A stretch of 64,000 nucleotides of DNA from NCBI GenBank assembly GCA_963735805.1, contig CAVTMK010000004.1, positions 64,001 to 128,000 of the forward strand, in the 5' to 3' direction. The stretch comes from an uncultured Verrucomicrobiae bacterium. Its GTDB lineage: Bacteria > Verrucomicrobiota > Verrucomicrobiia > Chthoniobacterales > UBA10450. Position numbers and translations under genes: made by a program. Positions 52,235-62,103 of this stretch are shown piece after piece. How positions within the stretch are numbered: position 1 is the stretch's first letter; each line of letters opens with the position of its first letter. The notes under the pieces were generated by a model. That model worked only from the letters and a program-made list of their open reading frames with translations. It was not told the DNA's origin and did not search any database.

Positions 52235-54352
52235 GTGAGTCCGAGCACCGTGTTTGCTTTAATCGCCGGTATGTTTAGCGCTGCACTGGCAGCAGCTGCA
52301 GCCTGTCGAAAACAGCGTTCGCTTGCAACTGGGTGTTTCGCCGCTGGGATGCTGATTTTTGCCTTGGAAAGTCTGTTCGGCGCAATAGGAAACGAGGCGC
52401 TCTTTCCTGAGCGGGCAGTCTTTTGGGAGACACTCTCCCTAATCGCAAAATCGTTCCTCCCTGGTGTTTGGTTAACTTTTAGTCTCACGTATTCCAGAGC
52501 GAACTACCGGGATTTCCTCGTCCGATCTCGGTGGCTTGTTATCGGAGCTTTTTTGATTCCGATGCTGTCGCTGGCGGCTGTGTACAGGCCTTTCTTCTTC
52601 GTCGTCACTTACAATCCGCCCGTCGACGGATGGGGACTCAGGCTTAGTGAACCGGCAAAAATTTTGAACGTCCTGATTCTCGTTTCAACAGTATTAATTC
52701 TGACGAACATCGAGCGCACGTTCCGAGCTGCTGTGGGAACGATGCGCTGGCGAATTAAATTCTTGGTTTTGGGACTTGGGGTGGTCTTTGGTGCTCGCAT
52801 TTATACTCAATCTCAAGCCGTGCTTTTCTCGGAATACAACCCAAGCCAATTTAATGTCGAAACGATTGCTCTTCTTATCGGGTGTGCGCTCATCGCCGTT
52901 GCTTATGTCCGGAGCGGATTCAGCGAAATTGATGTTTATCCGTCACGTGCCGTCTTGCATACCTCGGCTACCGTCTTATTAACCGGCGTATACCTTTTCA
53001 TTGTCGGCGTATTGGCTCAAATCGTCGCTCGCTTTGGTGGTGGCGCCAGTTTTCCAATCGCGGCCTTTGTTGTTCTTCTTGGCGTCGTTGTCCTAGGCGT
53101 ACTGCTTCTCTCGGATCGAGCTCGGCAAAGTCTGCAGTTGTTTGTGAGCCGCCATTTTAAGAGACCGCAGCATGACTTCCGTCAAATTTGGGCGCGATTC
53201 ACTCAGAGCCTGTCGGTCGCCCTGGATGAGACTACGCTTGGCGCTATCGCGTCGCGGGCGATCTCAGAAACGTTTGGAGCCCTGTCGGTCTCGACTTGGC
53301 TTCTCGACGAACGGCGAGAGCGGCTGATTCGGATAAGCTCAACTGCGGATGGAGAACAAGTGCAGAACGCGCCTTTGACCAGCTCGATAACGGGAGAAGA
53401 GCTCAGATCAGCTGAGTTAGACAAGTCGTCACGGCCTTTCAATCTCGGAAGAGCAAAGGAAAAGTGGGAACGAGACCTCATGGCAAAAATCACCGGCCAA
53501 TTCCGCAGTGGAGGCAGCCCGATTTGCGTTCCGCTAGTTGGAGGAGAGCATTGGCTCGGAGTGATCATCCTCGCAGACCGGGTTAGAGGTCTCGGTTACT
53601 CGGCGGAGGAGATGGACCTGTTAAAATGCATTGGCGACCAAGTAGCGGCAAGCCTGCTGAAGCTCCGACTTACCGAAGAGATCTTGGCAAGAAAAGAGCT
53701 GGAGGCGTTTCAAACCATGTCCGCATTCTTGATTCATGACCTGAAGAACGCAGCCTCAACTCTGGGCCTAATGCTGAAGAATTTGCCCACACACTTCGAC
53801 AAGCCCGCTTTCCGGGAGGACGCACTGCGCGGAATCGGGAGTGCAGCCAACCGGATCAACGATCTTATCAACCGCATGAATGCCATGCGCCACGAGTTGC
53901 GGCTTGAGCCGGTCGAGTTAGACCTCAATCTAGTTGTCACGGAAGCTCTCGCGAACTTGAATGGAACACTCGCCACCAAGCTAGTGACCAAGTTCGATCA
54001 GGTCCCCAAGATATCGGCTGATCGACAGCAATTGCACAGCGTATTTACGAACCTCCTTCTCAACGCGCGTGATGCCGTCGGAACGGATGGCCGGATCACC
54101 GTGGAGACAACCCTGCAGGGTGACTGGGTAGCTTTATCCGTAAGTGACAACGGATGCGGAATGACTGAGCACTTTATCAAGAATTCTCTTTTCAGGCCGT
54201 TCCGCTCAACAAAGAAAAAAGGACTGGGCATTGGTATGTTCCAATCCAAGACAATTGTCGAAGCCCATCACGGGAAGATTCACGTAGAAAGCGACCTCGG
54301 TATTGGCACAACTTTCCGTGTGATGTTGCCTCTGAAGTGTAAAACAGCATGA
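52235..54352 (+). CDS. prsK: PEP-CTERM-system sensor histidine kinase
   Basis: Many N-terminal TMs, GAF-like region, SAFLIHDLKN H-box, NLLLNA, DNGCGM, GLGIG. Confidence 0.9.
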   Translation: MSPSTVFALIAGMFSAALAAAAACRKQRSLATGCFAAGMLIFALESLFGAIGNEALFPERAVFWETLSLIAKSFLPGVWLTFSLTYSRANYRDFLVRSRWLVIGAFLIPMLSLAAVYRPFFFVVTYNPPVDGWGLRLSEPAKILNVLILVSTVLILTNIERTFRAAVGTMRWRIKFLVLGLGVVFGARIYTQSQAVLFSEYNPSQFNVETIALLIGCALIAVAYVRSGFSEIDVYPSRAVLHTSATVLLTGVYLFIVGVLAQIVARFGGGASFPIAAFVVLLGVVVLGVLLLSDRARQSLQLFVSRHFKRPQHDFRQIWARFTQSLSVALDETTLGAIASRAISETFGALSVSTWLLDERRERLIRISSTADGEQVQNAPLTSSITGEELRSAELDKSSRPFNLGRAKEKWERDLMAKITGQFRSGGSPICVPLVGGEHWLGVIILADRVRGLGYSAEEMDLLKCIGDQVAASLLKLRLTEEILARKELEAFQTMSAFLIHDLKNAASTLGLMLKNLPTHFDKPAFREDALRGIGSAANRINDLINRMNAMRHELRLEPVELDLNLVVTEALANLNGTLATKLVTKFDQVPKISADRQQLHSVFTNLLLNARDAVGTDGRITVETTLQGDWVALSVSDNGCGMTEHFIKNSLFRPFRSTKKKGLGIGMFQSKTIVEAHHGKIHVESDLGIGTTFRVMLPLKCKTA

Positions 54353-55731
54353 AACCGAAAATACTCATTGTGGATGACGACGAAGCCATCCGAACGCAGA
54401 TGAAATGGGCGCTGAGCGAACATTACGAAGTCCATTTCGCCGAAGATCGGAAAGCAGCGGGCGAAGCCTTTGAGGCTCACTCGCCGGCGGTAACCTTGCT
54501 TGATCTCGGTCTACCACCTCGACCTAACGACTGTGACGAAGGCTTCGCGGTGTTAACCGATATACTCGCAATCGATAACACGGCCAAGGTCATCATCATT
54601 TCCGGACAAGGTGAAAAGCAGAATGCAATAGAGGCAGTCGGAGCGGGCGCCTATGATTTTTTATGCAAGCCAGTTGAGATGGAAGAACTAAGGATCCTTC
54701 TGCAGCGCTGCATCCACGTAGTGGAACTCGAAAAAGAATACCACAGGTTACAACAAAGCCAGCGTTCCGATGTCTTTGAAGACATGCTAGGAACAAGTCC
54801 GCAAATGCAGGCAGTCTTTGCTTTCATTCGGAAGGTGGCCGCCACAAACGCTCCAGTGCTTTTGCTGGGAGAAAGTGGTACTGGGAAGGAGATGGCAGCA
54901 GCAGCTATCCATCGGCGCAGCACGCGCAAGGAAGGCCCATTTATCGCCATCAATTGCAACGCTATTCCCGAAAATCTTCTGGAGAGCGAACTATTCGGCC
55001 ATGAAAAAGGCTCCTTCACTGGCGCTCACGTTCAGCGCAAGGGGCTGTTGGAGACAGCGAGCGGCGGCACCCTTTTTCTGGATGAAATTGGTGAGCTTCC
55101 CCCTGCTATTCAGGTCAAGCTTCTCCGGTTTCTGCAGGAGCAGCGCTTACAGCGGGTGGGTGGGAGGCAGGAGATTCAGGTCGATACCCGCCTTGTCGCC
55201 GCGACTAACGCCGATCTAAAGGAGCTGATTAAAAGCGGGAAATTTCGCGAGGATTTGTATTTTCGAATTGCCGTCGTCACCATTCGTCTTTTGCCGCTTC
55301 GTGAACGCGGAGAGGACGTCGTGTTCCTGGCGCGCGAGTTTCTGCAAAGGTATGCTAATCAAAATGGGCGACCGAAGGTGGTCTTCGCCCCCGAGGCATT
55401 GCGCGCAATGAGTCGTTATTCGTGGCCTGGAAATGTCCGCGAACTTCAAAACCGGGTGAAGCGGGGCGTCATTATGGCGAGCGGATCCCGGGTAACCGCA
55501 AAGGATCTCGAATTGGAGCGGGACCAGGTGAGCGTGACGTCCTCCTCGGCAACTACACTCAGACAAGCGCGCGAACATGTCGAACGTGAAATGGTTGAGC
55601 AGGCGCTTAAGAGAAACTCCGGCAAAATCACTTCCGCAGCTGCTGATCTCGGCATCAGCCGACCGACTCTTTACGAATTAATGGACAAACTTGGTATTGC
55701 GAAAGAGCGCGCGGTCACAAACATCGGCTAA
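54349..55731 (+). CDS. prsR: PEP-CTERM-box sigma-54 response regulator
   Basis: REC domain with LDLGLPP, GESGTGKE, GSFTGA, WPGNVREL, Fis-type HTH ISRPTLY. Confidence 0.92.
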   Translation: MKPKILIVDDDEAIRTQMKWALSEHYEVHFAEDRKAAGEAFEAHSPAVTLLDLGLPPRPNDCDEGFAVLTDILAIDNTAKVIIISGQGEKQNAIEAVGAGAYDFLCKPVEMEELRILLQRCIHVVELEKEYHRLQQSQRSDVFEDMLGTSPQMQAVFAFIRKVAATNAPVLLLGESGTGKEMAAAAIHRRSTRKEGPFIAINCNAIPENLLESELFGHEKGSFTGAHVQRKGLLETASGGTLFLDEIGELPPAIQVKLLRFLQEQRLQRVGGRQEIQVDTRLVAATNADLKELIKSGKFREDLYFRIAVVTIRLLPLRERGEDVVFLAREFLQRYANQNGRPKVVFAPEALRAMSRYSWPGNVRELQNRVKRGVIMASGSRVTAKDLELERDQVSVTSSSATTLRQAREHVEREMVEQALKRNSGKITSAAADLGISRPTLYELMDKLGIAKERAVTNIG

Positions 55732-55750
55732 CATTAAAACCGTTTATCAC

Positions 55751-58700
55751 ATGCAAAGATCGAAAACCCTACTCAGGATCGGAGTGGTTGCTCTAGCGGC
55801 TATTCTCATCACCGCGTGCTCCAAACAAGCCACGAAGACACGGTATCTCGCAGAGGCGGACAATTATTTTAAAGCCGGCGACTATGACAAAGCAAAAGTA
55901 AGTTACCTCAACGTGGTTCGCCTGGATCCGCAAAATGCGCTCGCATTCGAAAGAATCGGAGTAATATGGTCGGAAGAAGGAGCTCCTCTTCGCGCGGCGG
56001 AGTTTCTGGCGAGGGCAAGCACGCTCGACCCGAACAATGCCGAAAATAATCTAAGACTCGCCCGTTCATATCTGGCATTGGGACGAGCTGCCGACGCAAG
56101 AAAGGAAGCACTTAAAGTCCTCGAAGTAATCCCCGATAGCGGCGACGCCCTTATCGCTTTGGCAGAGGCTGCACAAACCAAAGAAGACATCGAGGAGGCC
56201 GGGCAACGGCTGCAGAAATTTCCTTACAAGGACAGCCTTTCTTTCTACCTCGCTTCAGCGAATCTGTTTCTCCGCCAAGGCGATCTGTCTGCTGGGGAAG
56301 ATGCGCTTCGACAGGCCATCGCTAAAGATCCGAAATCGGCCGCTGCGCACATGACAATGGCAGATTTTTATCTCTTCAAGAAAGATCAGAAACAAGCAGG
56401 CGAAGAATTCAAGAAAGCGGCGGAGCTTGCACCTGTTCGTTCTATGGAGCGCTTGAAATATGCCGCGTTCATGTCTGCCGTCGGTGATACTGAAGAAACG
56501 AGGCGAATTTCAACTGAGATGACCAAGCAGGCGCCCGATTATCTGCCAGGCTGGACCTTACTGGCCGAACTCGCCCTCAAAGACAAAAAATACGACCAGG
56601 CGCAGTCCCTTCTTGAAAATGTTTTTAGCCGCGACCCGGAATACATCGATGGCCGCAGGCTGGAAAGCCAGGTACTGCTGGCAAAGGGCGACACGAAAAA
56701 AGCGGTCGAAATCTTGGAGCGGCTGGACCAAAACTATCCGAACTCTCCTCTTATCAAATACGAATTAGCGCGTGCATATCTAGGGAACAATAACATGAAC
56801 CAGGCAAAGGTGGTGTTAGATCAAGCCATCTCACTCAATCCGAACTATACGGACGCCATTCTGCTACTTGCCGACATCAATCTTCGCTCTGGTCATGGCG
56901 ATGCAGTCATCGAGCCGATGACGATTTTGTTGAAGAGAAATCCCGAATTTAAGCCTGCCGCATTGCTCTTGGCTGCCGCGTATGGCTCGCTTGATAGGTT
57001 CGACGATGCCGCTGTGGTTGTAAGTGAGGAGGCAAAGCTTGCTCCTCGCGACCCACAGGCCCAGATGGCGCTTGGACTTACATTGCGCCAAGCCAAGAGA
57101 AATGACGAAGCCCGCCAGGCGTTTGAAAAAGCCGCGGAGCTTGCGCCGGACAGTTTGTGGCCAGTCGAGCAACTTGTGGAACTGGATTTGCTGGATAAGC
57201 ATTTTGATGCCGCGCGGCAGAGGATACGGCGTCAGTTCGAAAAGACGCCTGATACAGCAGCCGCCCACTTTTTCGAAGGCAAAATCCTTGCGACGGAAGA
57301 GAAATGGGATTCAGCAGAGAAAGAGCTTCAAAAAACGCTGCAGCTCGATCCAAATTTTTCCAACGCATACGAGCTGCTTGTTCAGGCTTATATTGCGACC
57401 AACAAACTTCCCCTGGCGCTCAGCCAATTGCAGACGCACCTCTCGCAGGATCCGAATGATTCGTCAGCGTTGATGACGTTGGCGCTCCTGTACGAGCGGA
57501 CCAACGATTTCGTAAAAGCACGCGATGCCTACCAGCGGCTCCTCGGGATCAACCCTGACTCGGTTTCCGCATTGAATAATCTCGCTTGCCTGTATGCCGA
57601 TCGGCTAAACGATCTAGGCAAAGCTTATGACCTGGCGCGCAAGGCCCGCGATCTGCAAAGAAACGACCCTGCAATAACCGACACGTTTGGCTGGATTCTG
57701 TCCAAGCGCGGCGAATATCAACAAGCTCTGCCAATTCTGCAGGAGAGCGCTGCAAAACTGCCCGATAGTCCAGAGGTACAGTTTCACCTGGGCATGACGG
57801 CCTACATGATGGGACAGACGGACCTGGCTCGGGTTGCGCTCCAGAAAGCGGCGAATGCAACCAAGAATTTCGAAGGCAAAGAGGAAAGCAAACGTCGGCT
57901 TGCTCTGCTCAAGAGTAATCCCGGCGCCGCTCCAGAATTGTCGCTCCCACAGCTCGAAGCAATGGTAAAAGAGCAGCCTAATGATGCCATCTCCCAGATG
58001 CGTCTGGGAAACGCTTATGAAAAACAAGGTACACCGGACAAGGCGGCCACCGCTTTCGAGCACGCCCTGAAATCAAATCCGGCATTGGCCGCGGCGGTAA
58101 CCAAGCTTGCGCAACTCTATGCCGGGCCGCTCCAAAATAAAGAGAAGGCTTTTGCTTACGCAAAAAAAGCGCGCGAGCTCATGCCAGATGATCCCCAGGT
58201 TGCCGGTACTCTCGGAAAGGTCGCCTATCAGACCGGCAATTTTACCTGGTCCTATAGTCTTCTTCAAGAAGCAGCGCGGCAGCGCGAAAACGATCCGTCA
58301 GTTCTTTATGATCTGGCTTGGGCCGCTTACACCTTGGGAAAAATCGATGAAGCTCGAGAGATAATGCAAAAAGCCGTGGCGATGGGCGCCAACTTCCCGG
58401 GGGCTGCCGATGCCAGAAGATTTCTATCGCTAACGGCGCTTGATGAAAATCCAAAGGAGCTTGTGGCCGCCGAGAACGAAATTCAAAAAGAATTGCAAAC
58501 TGATTCTCAGTATCTGCCAGCCTGCATGGCGCAGGCTGCGCTCGCCGAACAGCGCGGTCAGATAAAGTCGGCGGTCAAGATATATACAGATATCCTTCGC
58601 CGATCACCGGATTTCGTGCCCGCGCAAAAGCGTCTGGCTACGCTGTATGCTCAAGAACCATCCGCGACTGGTGCGGCCTACGATCTGGCCACGAAGGCGC

Positions 58701-58975
58701 GCAAAGCGTTGCCGGACGACGCCGAACTTGCCGAGCTTTTGGGGCAATTGAGCTATGAAAAAAAGGAATACCAGCGTGCAATCCAATTACTACAGGAAAG
58801 CGCCAGGAAAAGAACGCTCAACGCTAATTCTCTTTTCTATCTTGGAATGTCTCAGCTGCAAATCAGACAAAACGCTGAAGCACAAGGAGTCCTTAACCAA
58901 GCTTTGCTCGCCGGTCTTCAAGAACCTCTTGCGACTCAAGCAAGACAAGCCCTGGCTCATGCCGGTGGGGAATAG
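55751..58975 (+). CDS. prsT: TPR lipoprotein (PrsT-like)
   Basis: Lipobox LITAC, long TPR array, ALNNLA...DT.GW; follows prsK-prsR. Confidence 0.8.
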   Translation: MQRSKTLLRIGVVALAAILITACSKQATKTRYLAEADNYFKAGDYDKAKVSYLNVVRLDPQNALAFERIGVIWSEEGAPLRAAEFLARASTLDPNNAENNLRLARSYLALGRAADARKEALKVLEVIPDSGDALIALAEAAQTKEDIEEAGQRLQKFPYKDSLSFYLASANLFLRQGDLSAGEDALRQAIAKDPKSAAAHMTMADFYLFKKDQKQAGEEFKKAAELAPVRSMERLKYAAFMSAVGDTEETRRISTEMTKQAPDYLPGWTLLAELALKDKKYDQAQSLLENVFSRDPEYIDGRRLESQVLLAKGDTKKAVEILERLDQNYPNSPLIKYELARAYLGNNNMNQAKVVLDQAISLNPNYTDAILLLADINLRSGHGDAVIEPMTILLKRNPEFKPAALLLAAAYGSLDRFDDAAVVVSEEAKLAPRDPQAQMALGLTLRQAKRNDEARQAFEKAAELAPDSLWPVEQLVELDLLDKHFDAARQRIRRQFEKTPDTAAAHFFEGKILATEEKWDSAEKELQKTLQLDPNFSNAYELLVQAYIATNKLPLALSQLQTHLSQDPNDSSALMTLALLYERTNDFVKARDAYQRLLGINPDSVSALNNLACLYADRLNDLGKAYDLARKARDLQRNDPAITDTFGWILSKRGEYQQALPILQESAAKLPDSPEVQFHLGMTAYMMGQTDLARVALQKAANATKNFEGKEESKRRLALLKSNPGAAPELSLPQLEAMVKEQPNDAISQMRLGNAYEKQGTPDKAATAFEHALKSNPALAAAVTKLAQLYAGPLQNKEKAFAYAKKARELMPDDPQVAGTLGKVAYQTGNFTWSYSLLQEAARQRENDPSVLYDLAWAAYTLGKIDEAREIMQKAVAMGANFPGAADARRFLSLTALDENPKELVAAENEIQKELQTDSQYLPACMAQAALAEQRGQIKSAVKIYTDILRRSPDFVPAQKRLATLYAQEPSATGAAYDLATKARKALPDDAELAELLGQLSYEKKEYQRAIQLLQESARKRTLNANSLFYLGMSQLQIRQNAEAQGVLNQALLAGLQEPLATQARQALAHAGGE

Positions 58976-59160
58976 CCCAACCGGATTCCGTGCCACAGTT
59001 AATCTGTTAAGGGAAGCTTGGTCCCAGCCTACAGATGCGAAGGTTCGTGGCGTTTTTGGAGCCCAGTCCGTCGATAATCGGTACGTTTTTCCGGTGGTGC
59101 AATGTAATTCACTCCACTATAGACGGTTACGGCGATTGTATTCTTGCACGTAAGCGGAAT

Positions 59161-59177
59161 TGTCGGAATGATTTACG
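59161..59177 (+). promoter_or_regulatory. Putative PrsR enhancer box (weaker second box at 59069-59085)
   Basis: TGTCGGAATGATTTACG, 114 bp before a sigma-54 site. Confidence 0.75.
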
Positions 59178-59274
59178 ATTTAGCATCGACGCACATATTC
59201 TCGACGATTATGGCGTATTTGTTAACAGTCTAATGTTTAGGATGTTACGGATTTATAAGTCGATCGGCTCACCT

Positions 59275-59290
59275 TGGCATGAGCTTTGCT
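59275..59290 (+). promoter_or_regulatory. Sigma-54 promoter
   Basis: TGGCAT-GAGCT-TTGCT with correct -24 GG / -12 GC spacing. Confidence 0.85.
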
Positions 59291-59322
59291 TTACCTATGG
59301 CAAACCCAAAAATTCGAAATAT

Positions 59323-59907
59323 ATGAAAATAAAGATGATTCCCGTAAACAAGCTTGCGCTGCTCGCTGTGGCTCTTGGTGCCGCGATGCTGGCCTTCACT
59401 CCCAAAGCCAACGCTCTCACTCTGGCATTCAATGACCAGTATGTCGTTGGCACCATGCAATTCACGCCGGGCAACCCCGCTGACCCTGCCAGCCTGCAAG
59501 GTTACGTCAACTATATGATCACCTTGGCCCCGGGCGGGACAGGTACTTTCTCGGGCATGCCTTTTACTCGCTCAAATAACGTGTTCGCCAACTTGCCTAA
59601 TGCCGTATTTCTAAACAATGGGCATGATACGGGTACCACCACCACTGTAGATCTGGGTGCCGGCGGCGTATATACATACCTCTTTGCCAAATATGACGGT
59701 CAAAACGATATTTCTCAGGTTTGGTATGTGGGGAATTTGAGTGGGATAATCACGATTCCTCTCAATGGTCCGCTAGGCCATGCCCTTTCCGGGTGGACAC
59801 TCTTTGGCCCGGGCACCCCAGGGGTGCCGGATGGTGGCACAACAGTGATGTTGCTGGGCACAGCTCTCGGCGCTCTTGGCACGGTGCGACGGTTCTTAAA
59901 GATTTAG
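59323..59907 (+). CDS. VPDSG-CTERM-type sorted protein
   Basis: Signal peptide ending ANA; C-terminal VPDGGTT, TM helix, RRFLK. Confidence 0.92.
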   Translation: MKIKMIPVNKLALLAVALGAAMLAFTPKANALTLAFNDQYVVGTMQFTPGNPADPASLQGYVNYMITLAPGGTGTFSGMPFTRSNNVFANLPNAVFLNNGHDTGTTTTVDLGAGGVYTYLFAKYDGQNDISQVWYVGNLSGIITIPLNGPLGHALSGWTLFGPGTPGVPDGGTTVMLLGTALGALGTVRRFLKI

Positions 59908-59946
59908 CTGGTTAAGGCTCGAATCCCCACGAGTCCAAGATGATTG

Positions 59947-59980
59947 AACCGGGCAGGGTAAAACCTGCCCGGTTTTTTTT
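59947..59980 (+). terminator. Intrinsic terminator
   Basis: AACCGGGCAGG-GTAAAA-CCTGCCCGGTT followed by a T run. Confidence 0.9.
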
Positions 59981-60151
59981 GCTGAATAGCCAGAAACGGA
60001 ACGTGCAGGCCCACTTTAGACTACCATGTTCTGCTAGCATTTCTTCTGGCCGGCATGCCATCAGCCAATTAGCACAGAGGAAATCATGTTAATACTTTTG
60101 GGTGGCCTCACCCCACTTTGGCCTGATCGACATCGACAATGGCCATCTACG

Positions 60152-60295
60152 TTTCGGAATGTTTTTCAATCGTCGGAAATCCAGACAGATGTCGGAAATC
60201 ATTACATTCACCAACTCCGCCCGGTAATATCTTCACTGCGTGGTTCTTCGGCTGTATCCTACCGGACTGGCGTCGACTCGTCGGAATATTTTACG
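60152..60295 (+). promoter_or_regulatory. Cluster of putative PrsR boxes
   Basis: 17-mers at 60152 (degenerate), 60171, 60190 (19-bp period) and 60279. Confidence 0.75.
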
Positions 60296-60394
60296 ATCTC
60301 CTCAGGGTACCGACCACAAATATCCAAGAATTCTATTATCGTAAGTTATTACTGCATAGCTAATTACGAGGATTCAACAACAGTTCATTTCTAT

Positions 60395-60410
60395 TGGCAT
60401 AGGGCTTGCT
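60395..60410 (+). promoter_or_regulatory. Sigma-54 promoter
   Basis: TGGCAT-AGGGC-TTGCT, 116 bp after box 60279. Confidence 0.85.
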
Positions 60411-60425
60411 ATTTTATATTACGAC

Positions 60426-60830
60426 ATGAAAATTAACATTATTCCTACAAGGAAGCTCGCACTGCTTTGCACGGCTATAGCTGGCGCATTGTTTACGTTC
60501 AGCCAGAGTGCGAACGCCCTTGCCCTTCAAAGCGGCGACTCTCACGAACTTGGCTTGGCCAATAGTGATAGATCAAATTACGCCAATCATTTGATTGCTA
60601 TGCTCAACGATTTTAACCGAACGCCCCAAGCTGCGCTAGCTGAGCGAGTGAACAATGGAGACGCGGGGGGTGTCGTGAGGAAAGTCATGACGATCCGTCA
60701 GCCGGCGACCCCAATCATAGGCAAAGTCCCCCCAGGCGGAACAGCGGTTCCGGATGGTGGAACGACAGCCATTTTGCTCGGTGCGGCCCTCAGTGCACTC
60801 GGTATTGCCCGGCGCTTTCTGCTGAGCTAG
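60426..60830 (+). CDS. Small VPDSG-CTERM-type protein
   Basis: Signal peptide similar to the 59323 protein; AVPDGGTT, TM helix, RRF. Confidence 0.9.
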   Translation: MKINIIPTRKLALLCTAIAGALFTFSQSANALALQSGDSHELGLANSDRSNYANHLIAMLNDFNRTPQAALAERVNNGDAGGVVRKVMTIRQPATPIIGKVPPGGTAVPDGGTTAILLGAALSALGIARRFLLS

Positions 60831-60860
60831 GCGATCTGAGAAGCTTTCCAAACACAGAGT

Positions 60861-60995
60861 GTTGTACCTTGGAAGACGCAAGGTACCGCTGGAGCGCTTG
60901 TTATGGTCGGTGCTGGAATCCTCCGAATTTTCAGGCGCCGTTTTTTGGCTTCAATCACAGGCACGCTGCGAAAGCCTTTCGCCTTCGTTGATTGA
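60861..60995 (+). pseudogene. Orphan PEP-CTERM-like tail remnant
   Basis: Reads VVPWKTQGTAGALVMVGAGILRIFRRRFLAS...; in-frame stop just upstream at 60837. Confidence 0.4.
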
Positions 60996-61085
60996 GATTT
61001 TGTCGTAACATCCAACAGATGTGATGTTTTCATCGGGCCGCACCCGAGGATTGGCTGTTCGCCTGAAGCGATGACCCCGAAAATT

Positions 61086-61102
61086 CGACGGAAAACTTTA
61101 CG
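61086..61102 (+). promoter_or_regulatory. PrsR-box-like site upstream of the RfaH-like gene (second at 61001-61017)
   Basis: CGACGGAAAACTTTACG and TGTCGTAACATCCAACA. Confidence 0.5.
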
Positions 61103-61143
61103 ATTTTCCGGAACTTGGAATCGGCAATTCCGTAGTTCGGAGT

Positions 61144-61677
61144 GTGACCCAATCATCTGCCACGCTGGCGTTCCACCCAGAACCGGTATGGTTTTGTCTA
61201 ATGACGCAGCCAAAGCGTGAGCATTTGGCCGCGACCGCACTGCGGCGTCAGTTTGGCGTCGAGTGTTTCTCACCTCGATTGCGCTTCCGAAAGATGACCC
61301 AAAGGGGACCGGTTTGGTTCGTAGAAGCCATGTTTCCTGGGTACCTCTTCGCAAAATTTGTTTATTCGACCCAACATCGCGCCGTTGAAAGTTCTCATGG
61401 GATTCGAGGGATCGTCCATTTTGGAGATAGGTTGGCGACCTTACCCGAAAACATTGTGTCTGCGCTGCAATCGAGAGTCGGATCGGAAGAGATTGTGACC
61501 GTCGATTGTTCCGTCAAAGTCGGCCAATCGGTTCAGATCATCCATGGCCCATTTCAAGGGTTAGAAGTCGTGGTCAGTCATTTACTTCCAGCAAAAGAAA
61601 GGATCCGCGTCCTTTTTGATTTTGTTGGGCGGTCCGTGGAAATGGAAGTCTCGACGCTAAACGTCCTCGCGGCGTAA
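61144..61677 (+). CDS. Specialised NusG paralog (RfaH-like antiterminator)
   Basis: WFCL.T.PKRE..A...L, FPGYLF (NGN), V.I..GPFQGL (KOW), RIRVL. Confidence 0.88.
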   Translation: MTQSSATLAFHPEPVWFCLMTQPKREHLAATALRRQFGVECFSPRLRFRKMTQRGPVWFVEAMFPGYLFAKFVYSTQHRAVESSHGIRGIVHFGDRLATLPENIVSALQSRVGSEEIVTVDCSVKVGQSVQIIHGPFQGLEVVVSHLLPAKERIRVLFDFVGRSVEMEVSTLNVLAA

Positions 61678-61862
61678 GGCTGACCTGCAAGTCACCTTGG
61701 TCCGCTCGCCCTAAAACATGATTCGCTATACGCAATGCGGAGGTGAATTGCTCCTTTCGGCAAACTGTCTGGCTCGCTTTCGAGCACGCGTGGGTCCGGC
61801 GTGAATTTATGGTGCAACTCGCCGCGGCAGACGTCTCTGCGTGGACATCCGCGGCGATTTAA

Positions 61863-61937
<75 letters not shown>

Positions 61938-62103
61938 GTTTGGATCCAGCAGTGATAACTGATCGGGGACCAAAGACGAGTCAAGCGAGATATCGGCGGT
62001 CGCAATTAGCGGTTGCAGCAAAATTCTCGCCGCAAATCCTATCATTTGTTCTGCTACTTCGTGACTGGACAACGTCGATGTGCAAGACGACTGTTCGCGT
62101 CTC

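Noticed and set aside
59035..59322. Long N-terminal extension of the CTERM ORF in the track
   Set aside because: It overlaps the enhancer and sigma-54 promoter; the signal peptide starts at 59323.
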